In this document: in pieces, positions 57,191 to 64,000 of the stretch
Position numbering within the stretch: the stretch's first letter is position 1
How the letters are laid out: each line of letters begins with the position of its first letter
Translations under genes and position numbers: made by a program
DNA from: Candidatus Onstottus arcticum
GTDB lineage: Bacteria; Acidobacteriota; Blastocatellia; UBA7656
Reading direction: 5' to 3'
NCBI GenBank assembly: GCA_038040485.1
Contig: JBBPIE010000001.1
Coordinates: 152,014-216,013, forward strand
DNA length: 64,000 nucleotides
Notes under the pieces: model-generated
Told to the model about the DNA's origin: nothing
Databases searched by the model: none
Seen by the model: the letters and a program-made list of their open reading frames with translations, nothing else

Positions 57191-57871
57191 ATGATTCAAG
57201 AAGCTTCTCAGTCGGATCAATTCAAAGAACAGATGCAAGGGTCGTTGTTCAACGAAACCAAGAACTCGAGCCCTATCAAGATCGGCAAGCACGATCATGT
57301 CTACACGCCTGGAGATGAACGCGAGACTGTATACTTCATCGAAAAAGGACAGATCAAGCTGGTCATGGCCTCGTCTGAAGGTAAAGAGTGCATGCTGGCC
57401 ATCCACGGCCCGGGAGATGTTTTCGGCGAGCTGTGCCTGTCTGGGCTTGGGGGCCGGTTGGAAACAGCGACCGCGATGGAAGATTCTTTCCTGAAAGAGA
57501 TCCCTTGTACCAAGTTTCTCGATCGCCTAGCTCAAGACTCTCTCCTCGAAGGCTTCATCAAGTATCTGGCTGTGCGGGTTGCCGACCAACAGGCTGTCAT
57601 CGCCAATCTGGTAACGGTTGATAGCGAGCAGCGCCTGGGGACGACCTTATTGCAAATCGCCAGAAAGTTCGGAAAGAAAGACCCGCGGAGCATACGCATC
57701 GAGGTCAAGATTTCTCATGAAGAATTGGGGACAATGGTGGGCACGACTCGACCGCGGGTCAGCGTATTCATGCAGCGATTTCGGAACCTCGACCTCATTG
57801 AGTACAACACAGAGCACCATCTGATTATCAAGGAAAAAAAGCTCACTGCTTACCTAACATCGATCCTCTAG
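57191..57871 (+). CDS. Crp/Fnr family transcriptional regulator, paralog 2 (intact)
   Basis: cNMP-binding domain VYFIEKGQIKLVMASSEGKECMLAIHGPGDVFGELCL plus HTH. About 80% identical to paralog 1. Confidence 0.85.
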   Translation: MIQEASQSDQFKEQMQGSLFNETKNSSPIKIGKHDHVYTPGDERETVYFIEKGQIKLVMASSEGKECMLAIHGPGDVFGELCLSGLGGRLETATAMEDSFLKEIPCTKFLDRLAQDSLLEGFIKYLAVRVADQQAVIANLVTVDSEQRLGTTLLQIARKFGKKDPRSIRIEVKISHEELGTMVGTTRPRVSVFMQRFRNLDLIEYNTEHHLIIKEKKLTAYLTSIL

Positions 57872-58008
57872 GCCCCCCGTGCCGCCCGCCAAGCCGAGGC
57901 CGCCGCGCCGAAAATGGCCGAAGCCCTCACGGCGCAGCACGCGCTCGATGATCCGACTGAAAGGCCGCCGGCATACAAGAACCAGAGTGTTTGAATTCTT
58001 CTGAGGCA

Positions 58009-58371
58009 CTATGATCGAACGTCGACCCGCCATACGTCGAGCGGGACCGACATCACATCGCTGTCTCGGCCCACCGTGGCGGCGGAGAGATCGGCCGCCA
58101 CGTTGAACAGGCCATCGAGCCTGCCGAACTCCTTGACGGTGAAGTCGACGAGCTCTTTGTACGACGCCTCGTCGGTGATATCGAACGATCGAGCGATAGC
58201 CCTACCGCCCAACGTTCGGATCTCGTCGACGACGGACCGAGCGGCCGCCTCGTTCAGGTCTGCCGCCACGACGGCCGTGCCCTCCTCAGCGAGGCGGACG
58301 GCGGTTGCCGCGCCAATGTTGCCCGGCGCCGCGCCCGCAATGATGGCAACCTTGTCCTTAAGTCCTCTCAT
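58009..58371 (-). pseudogene. Truncated short-chain dehydrogenase (N-terminal about 120 aa only)
   Basis: VAIIAGAAPGNIGAATAVRLAEEG...DITDEAS...NVAA. The ORF stops before the catalytic YxxxK region. Confidence 0.6.
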
Positions 58372-58383
58372 TGCTCACTCCTC

Positions 58384-59226
58384 TTATAGACGGCCTTCCT
58401 TCTGTAACCGCGCCTGTATGTTGGCGATGTGCCGCTCTCCGGCTTTAAGCGTGGCCGGACCTGTGTGCACGGAATAGTTTCCGAGTGCGAGTTCATACGG
58501 GTGGCTTGCCGCCGATCCAAGAACGAATTCGGTGTCGGCCTCGGCATAGAAACCGATCGCTTCGTTCGACGGCTCGAAGACCGCGAGTTCACCGGCCTGC
58601 ACGTGCTCGGGAACAAGAAGGCTTCCCGTACTAAGCGCGACCCAGCCGACGGTGTGATCGGAAGGTGGCTGGTAGCTCCAAGACTCGCCGGCCTTGAGGT
58701 GCACAAACAGGTAGGTCATTGAGGACGGTGCCGGAAGCTGACTCGACACCCCGCTGTATTTGCCAAGCAATACGATGGCGGGCCCATGCCGCTGAATGGC
58801 GGACGGTGCCAGATAGATGCTTTCGACCGATCCGAGTTCTTGTTCGGGAGGCAGGGCGATCCAGAGCTGGAATCCGCGTGCTCGCCCGGACCCGTTAGGC
58901 CCACCGCCGTGCCACGCGCCGTGACCGGCCCTGAACCATTCGACGCCACCCTCCCCCAAAATCCCGGTTGCCCCGGATGTGTCTTCGTATCGCACGCTGC
59001 CTTCGATCATGTAGGACAGTGTCGCGATGCCCGAGTGCGGGTGCAGCGCCATGCCGGAAAACGACGTTCCCTCAGTATCGAAGAGGTCGACGAAAACGAA
59101 CGGCTTGAGAACCTGGCCAAGATCAGACGGACTCATCAGGCGCGTGATGGCCCCGTGACGCAGGCCTCGGGTCCGATGCACGATCTGACGCCGGCTCTCG
59201 CTAATCGCGGCAGTGGATTTACTCAT
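58384..59226 (-). CDS. Pirin family protein (cupin)
   Basis: HPHSGIATLSYMIEG...VEWFRAGHGAWHGG fits the bicupin pirin His-rich motifs. Confidence 0.75.
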   Translation of the reverse strand: MSKSTAAISESRRQIVHRTRGLRHGAITRLMSPSDLGQVLKPFVFVDLFDTEGTSFSGMALHPHSGIATLSYMIEGSVRYEDTSGATGILGEGGVEWFRAGHGAWHGGGPNGSGRARGFQLWIALPPEQELGSVESIYLAPSAIQRHGPAIVLLGKYSGVSSQLPAPSSMTYLFVHLKAGESWSYQPPSDHTVGWVALSTGSLLVPEHVQAGELAVFEPSNEAIGFYAEADTEFVLGSAASHPYELALGNYSVHTGPATLKAGERHIANIQARLQKEGRL

Positions 59227-59448
59227 TGACGAAACTCCTTGTTTACGGCCACGTGGAAGGCCCGCGAAGATGACACAAGCCCTCCACAGTAGCGGTCTTC
59301 GGCCAAGCCTCCTGAGTTTGGGCGGATTAAACGATAAGTTATTTGGCCGCCGCTTGCGCCTGCTCAGCCGCTCGCGCGTCAGCCGCTTGGGTTCGAGCGC
59401 ACGCTGGTAAGCCCTTGAGAGGCAGATCGGAGACCGCGCCCTGTGGCT

Positions 59449-60213
59449 CTACCAAGCGGTCGCGCCGCCGTCGACCGGGTAGTTGGCGCCTGTGATGTAA
59501 GACGCCCGGTCAGAAGCGATGAAGGCCGCGAGCTCCGCGACCTCCTCGGGTTGACCGAAGCGCTTGAGAAGCGTCTTTCTGGTTATCGCGTCCCGGGCCG
59601 CCTGGTTGTCGCCGAGGTCGCGGTCGGCGGCCGGGGTCAGGAAAGGCCCGGGACTGATCGTCACCGCACGGATCCCATGGCGCGCGCCTTCAAGCGCTAA
59701 TTGTCTCGTCATGGCGATGACGCCGCCTTTCGCTGTGGCGTGCCCGACCATCGGGGGGGTCTCTTGGGCGATCATGCCTGACACGGACGCGACGTTTATG
59801 ATTACACCGCCACCGCGCTGGACCAGGTGCGGCCATGCGAACTTCGACACGAAGAAGGGAATGTCGAGGTCGCCAGTTATGGTCGCCCGCCAGTCATCGA
59901 TAGAGAAATCGGGCATCGGACCGAAGTATTGTATGGCCGCGTTGTTGTAGACCACGTCGAGCCCGCCGTAGGCGGCGACGGCATCCTCAACCATCTTCCG
60001 CGCCTGTTCGGGGTCGGTGAGATCGATCGGCGCGATGCCAGTCATCTCACCGCCGGCGCGACGTATGAGCTCGACCGTCTCGTTGTTGGCATCAGCCTTG
60101 ATGTCGCACCCGACAACCTTTGCGCCTTCTCGCGCAAAGGTCTGCGCCGCGACGCGGCCCAGACCTCCTCCGGTGCCGGTGATCAGCACGACCTTCTTGT
60201 CAAGTATTCCCAT
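59449..60213 (-). CDS. SDR family oxidoreductase
   Basis: VVLITGTGGGLG, NNAA, VASVSG, Y...K. Confidence 0.85.
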   Translation of the reverse strand: MGILDKKVVLITGTGGGLGRVAAQTFAREGAKVVGCDIKADANNETVELIRRAGGEMTGIAPIDLTDPEQARKMVEDAVAAYGGLDVVYNNAAIQYFGPMPDFSIDDWRATITGDLDIPFFVSKFAWPHLVQRGGGVIINVASVSGMIAQETPPMVGHATAKGGVIAMTRQLALEGARHGIRAVTISPGPFLTPAADRDLGDNQAARDAITRKTLLKRFGQPEEVAELAAFIASDRASYITGANYPVDGGATAW

Positions 60214-60358
60214 AGCTTCCTCCTGGTCTCAACTGTCTCAGGCCAATCCACCCTCAGCGCGTGGACTAGCCGGTCGATTTGAAATTCGGTTGTTCGACTC
60301 TCGCAACGATGAAATTGCTGCCCCATGACCATTAAAGAAACGAGGACCCGATTGGTCG

Positions 60359-61108
60359 TCAGATCTGCGCTTGTCCACCATCAACGAAAACCTCGCTCCC
60401 GGTCATGAAGCTGCTCTCGTCGCTCGCCAGGAATAGGGCCACAGCGGCCGTTTCCTCCGGGCGACCGAGGCGGCCGAGCGGGGTTTGTGCGACCAGGCCA
60501 GCGACCATCGCCTCCTGCTTCCCCGTCTTCGCCAAGCCATCAAGAAGGCCGGGCGTAGCGGTAGCGCCTGGAGAGAGCACGTTCACTCGAACTCCCGTGG
60601 CCTTCAGATCCAGAGCCCAGCTCCTGGCAAAATTTCGGATGGCAGCCTTCGTCGCACTGTAAACGCTGAATGCCGGCGTCCCGGTCGAACCCGTAGTCGA
60701 CCCACTGAGAATGATCGATCCACCGGCCTGCATCAGTGGCAACGCCTTCTGAACAGTAAACAAGGTCCCTTTGACGTTCACGCCGAACGTCAGATCGAAC
60801 TGAGCCTCAGTGATCTCGCCCAAGGGCTCACTTCCACCAAGACCCGCATTGGCAAACAGGACGTCCAAACTACCCACCTCGGCCCGGATCGTTGCAAAGA
60901 GCCGGTCCAGGTCGTCGAGATTTGCGACATCTCCCTGGACCGCCATGGCGGTGCTGCCGATTGCCTCTACAGCCTTGTCCAGTTCGTCCTGGCGACGTCC
61001 CGTAATGAAAACGCGCGCACCCTCCGCCACGAATCGCCTGGCTGTTGCCAAGCCGATGCCGCTGCTTCCCCCGGTGATCAGAGCTGTCTTGCCTTGAAGT
61101 GTGCCCAT
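60359..61108 (-). CDS. SDR family oxidoreductase
   Basis: TALITGGSSGIG...NAGL...SGSTTG...YSATKAA. Start at ATG 61108 with AGGAGG SD. Confidence 0.85.
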   Translation of the reverse strand: MGTLQGKTALITGGSSGIGLATARRFVAEGARVFITGRRQDELDKAVEAIGSTAMAVQGDVANLDDLDRLFATIRAEVGSLDVLFANAGLGGSEPLGEITEAQFDLTFGVNVKGTLFTVQKALPLMQAGGSIILSGSTTGSTGTPAFSVYSATKAAIRNFARSWALDLKATGVRVNVLSPGATATPGLLDGLAKTGKQEAMVAGLVAQTPLGRLGRPEETAAVALFLASDESSFMTGSEVFVDGGQAQI

Positions 61109-61251
61109 GCGAGCCTCCTGATTCAAATTTCCCCTTTTATTTGTAACGACCATCAAAGACACTCGGGAATATCACGACCTCGTCGTCCAGACTTGCCTGG
61201 GTCGAATGTGATTCCTCTCAAGTGGATATGTTGGAGATAGTGCCATCAAAC

Positions 61252-62148
61252 TTAGGCCGGGAAATTCGCTCGAGCCCACGTCGAGAATTTGGTCGGTTGC
61301 CGTCCTGCTATTTTGTTTGCGAGCGCAATTTCGTCGTGTGAATCCGAACCCAGGTAGGTATGAGCTTGGAAGTAACTAAACCCCTCCGCCACCGCGGCGC
61401 CCCCAGGGAAGAGAGCAGCGAAAACTTCCTTTGGCACTTGTTTGAATGAGAACTTGTGACCCTGTCGATTTAGCGTGTCCACGACTTCGTTGAAGCTCAT
61501 GAAATCACCGACCAGTGGCAGATACTCGCCATTGCCTGCCTGATCCGGATGTGCGAATGCTCCAGCAACGATGTTGCCGAGTTCGGTAATGTCGCCCATG
61601 TGGATGCAACGCACCTTTGGATCAAGAGGGAGAGCCCAGCCCAAGGATCCGTCTAATTGCTTTTGCGGAGCTAGAACGGCCACAAGATTCTGGTAGAAGA
61701 AAGGCGCGATGACGAACGTATGATTCGCAAACCCGGCTTCCTGGACTATCCGATCAATCTTGGCCTTGCCGGTAAAATGGGGAACGTCGAACTTGCCGCC
61801 GCTGATCGCTTCTACATCAGGCAGCGTTGACCAGATAAAGTGTTTGACACCAGCATCCTTGGCAGCGCGTACCGCCGCGGTTGCCTGCTTGCGCTCGTCG
61901 GTGCCTTTTTCCCAACCAGTGGTGACCAGAAAGACGCCATGCGCCCCTTCAAATGCAGCTTTGAGGGTTTCCGGGCGGTTTAAATCAGCTTCGACGACTT
62001 CGTCGGCGAGGTCGCGATGCTTGTCTGGATTGCGGCTCAGCGCGCGTACCTTAAATTGGTCGCTGGCTTGCAGGGCACGTACCACTGCGCCTCCCTGCTG
62101 CCCCGTTGCGCCGATCACGGCGATCAGTTTCTTATTGTCGGATAACAT
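61252..62148 (-). CDS. NmrA-like NAD(P)-binding protein
   Basis: IAVIGATGQQGGAVVRALQASDQFKVRALSRNPDK. Confidence 0.8.
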   Translation of the reverse strand: MLSDNKKLIAVIGATGQQGGAVVRALQASDQFKVRALSRNPDKHRDLADEVVEADLNRPETLKAAFEGAHGVFLVTTGWEKGTDERKQATAAVRAAKDAGVKHFIWSTLPDVEAISGGKFDVPHFTGKAKIDRIVQEAGFANHTFVIAPFFYQNLVAVLAPQKQLDGSLGWALPLDPKVRCIHMGDITELGNIVAGAFAHPDQAGNGEYLPLVGDFMSFNEVVDTLNRQGHKFSFKQVPKEVFAALFPGGAAVAEGFSYFQAHTYLGSDSHDEIALANKIAGRQPTKFSTWARANFPA

Positions 62149-62159
62149 GTCTAGTCCCT

Positions 62160-62520
62160 GTCTATACGATTACGATCAGCCGCATCGCCGTCGCGGCTGT
62201 GCCGCCACTGCATTCCTTCCACCGATGATGAGTAGTGCAAACCAAGTGCCCAATTGGATTTCACTGAAAACAGGGCTCGAAAAAGAAATTGGAATGACAG
62301 AATGTTAGGAAGTGCCAGAATTCTGGGAGTTCAACGAGAGGACTTATCGGAGGGTGTGTTTCGTTATATTGAGTTGTTTGATTTTCAAATCCAGCGTCGA
62401 CCGGGGAATTCCGAGTTTGGCAGCCGCACCATTTGGCCCGGCAACTTTTCCGTTGCTTTCCGCAAGAGCCGTCTCGATGAGCTCCTTCTCATAGTTCTGA
62501 AGGTTCTGTTTGAGAAGACC
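62160..62520. repeat. Direct-repeat copy B (3' end of the sigma-54 activator gene plus downstream intergenic sequence)
   Basis: About 88% identical to 50342-50700 in the same orientation. Confidence 0.8.
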
Positions 62521-63988
62521 TGATGAATCCAGGCGAGGTGCGTTCTGACTTGAAAGCCAGGCCTCATCGATCCATAAGGTATCCCCGGTGCAGAGGATCA
62601 CAGATCGCTCAATAATATTTTGTAACTCACGAATATTGCCGGGCCAATGATAGGACTGACATAACTTGAGCGTATTTTTGTCGATCTTGCTGAATTGCTT
62701 CCTGGCTTTGTCCGCATAGCGCTTCACGAAGTACTCGACCAGCATTGGAATGTCTTCTTTCCGTTGCCGGAGAGGCGGCACATCAATCGGGAAAACATTC
62801 AGCCGGTAGAAGAGGTCGGCGCGAAATGTTCCCGAAGCAATGGGCTGCCGGCAAATCGCTGTTGGTGGCGGCAATTATTCGAACATCAGTGGGAATGACG
62901 CGGCTGCCCCCCACTCGTTCAAATTGGCGCTCCTGGATCACTCGAAGGAGTGCGATCTGAGTTTCCGCGGGAAGCTCGCCGATCTCATCGAGGAAGATCG
63001 TGCCGGAGTGCGCCAGCTCAAACCGGCCTTGTCGGCGCTGCATGGCGCCGGTAAATGCCCCCTTCTCGTGGCCAAACAATTCTGAGGCGATAAGCGAAGA
63101 AGGAATCGCGGCGCAATTCACGCTAATAAAAGCCTGGCCGGCACGCTGCGAACCCTTATGTATGGCGCGCGCGATCAGTTCCTTCCCGGTACCTGTTTCG
63201 CCCGTGATCAGCACCGTAGAGTCGGTGGGAGCGACTTTCACGATGCTCGAAAGGACGGTTTTCAAGGCGGGCGAGGAGCCCACGATTTCTTCAAACATGA
63301 AGGCCTGATCGATTTGCTCTCGCAACGCGAAGTTCTCTTGCAGCGTTCTTTCCTCCGCATGTTTGCGATCGTCGATGTCGGTACCGGTCGCATACCAGCG
63401 GATGACCTTGCCGTGTTCGTCCAGCAGCGGGTTGTATTGGATCAGGAACCAACGATAGTGACCATCTCTCCGGCGCACTCGTCGTTCGTACTCGAATGGG
63501 ACCCCTCGCGAGATGGCCGCATTGCGTTCGTCGCGCAATCTCTCGGTATCCTCCGGATGAAAGACCTCACCAAAGTTTTCTGCCTTCACTTCTTCTTTCG
63601 TCAGGCCGGTGTACTCCAGTACAGCCTGATTCGCGTTTAGAAATGCTCCGTCGGCTCCGATAACGACGATGAGCTGCGGTATTGCATCGATGATTGTTCG
63701 AAGTTCAGCTTCGGATTTGGCTATTTCGGCGAAAGCCCTCTCTAATTCATCCTCAGCGCGCTTGCGCTCATCGATATCCGTCACCAAGTTATACCAGCGG
63801 ACAATGCGACCTTCGGCATCACGCTGCGGACGACCTCGTACCTGGAACCAACGGTACACGCCATCGGCTCGACGGCTACGATTCTCAACATCAAGTGGCT
63901 CCCCAGTTTCGATCGAGCGACGATAGGCGTCGATCATTCGAGCAAGGTCATCCGGATGGACAGCGTCGCTGGTGGACCAATTCTTCAT
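62344..63988 (-). pseudogene. Sigma-54-dependent Fis-family transcriptional activator with PAS domains; frameshift within 62783-62874; 5' end beyond window
   Basis: AAA+ sigma-54 interaction domain ([19 protein letters not shown]...GAFTGA...[15 protein letters not shown]) in one frame. The downstream half ([24 protein letters not shown]...HTH AAKLGIPRSTLDLKIKQL) continues in another frame. Confidence 0.75.
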
Positions 63989-64000
63989 TTCCTCAATCGT

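Overview
This 64-kb window is high-GC bacterial chromosome with dense coding on both strands. From the gene content it is most likely Acidobacteriota, based on a 986-aa TonB-dependent receptor with a CarboxypepD_reg-like N-terminus, two S8 subtilases and an SPFH protein; this is inference only. Recognisable genes are two S8 peptidases, rsmI, smc, miaA, a cspA-family gene, selA, pilT, recX, a PilZ/DUF4388 protein, alaS, a B12-binding radical-SAM enzyme, a TonB-dependent receptor, a flotillin-like SPFH protein and a thymidylate/dNTP cluster (thyA-folA-dut with dcd nearby). That cluster is interrupted by an MbtH-like gene and a vapBC-like pair. Further along are an AMP-binding acyl-CoA synthetase, sixA, a CBS-domain site-2 protease, cell-wall genes (Amidase_3, GT2, SLT), tRNA-Thr(CGU), a small-membrane stress-protein cluster (DUF883/ElaB-like, holin-like, lmo0937-like), two paralogous Crp/Fnr regulators flanking a CheY-like receiver, several SDR/NmrA/pirin oxidoreductases, and a sigma-54 activator that is frameshifted and runs off the window edge. 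No CRISPR array, rRNA or integrase/transposase is visible.

The most striking signal is a family of imperfect palindromic elements built from short (6-8 nt) tandem repeats; at least nine copies are present. The repeat unit differs between copies, but several share a 5' boundary motif AGTGGTCAGT and a central GGATCA(T/G) core. Three copies sit in-frame inside conserved genes: smc, selA and the acyl-CoA synthetase.

Other notable features:
- An AT-rich, translationally coupled two-gene cassette of unknown function (43008-43868) wedged between convergent housekeeping genes.
- A pair of about 350-bp direct repeats (around 50.3 kb and 62.2 kb) bracketing an 11.8-kb region rich in pseudogenes.
- A nested inverted-repeat structure upstream of thyA.
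- A GxxExxY (PD-(D/E)XK-like) gene embedded in repeated TATAAT-containing motifs.
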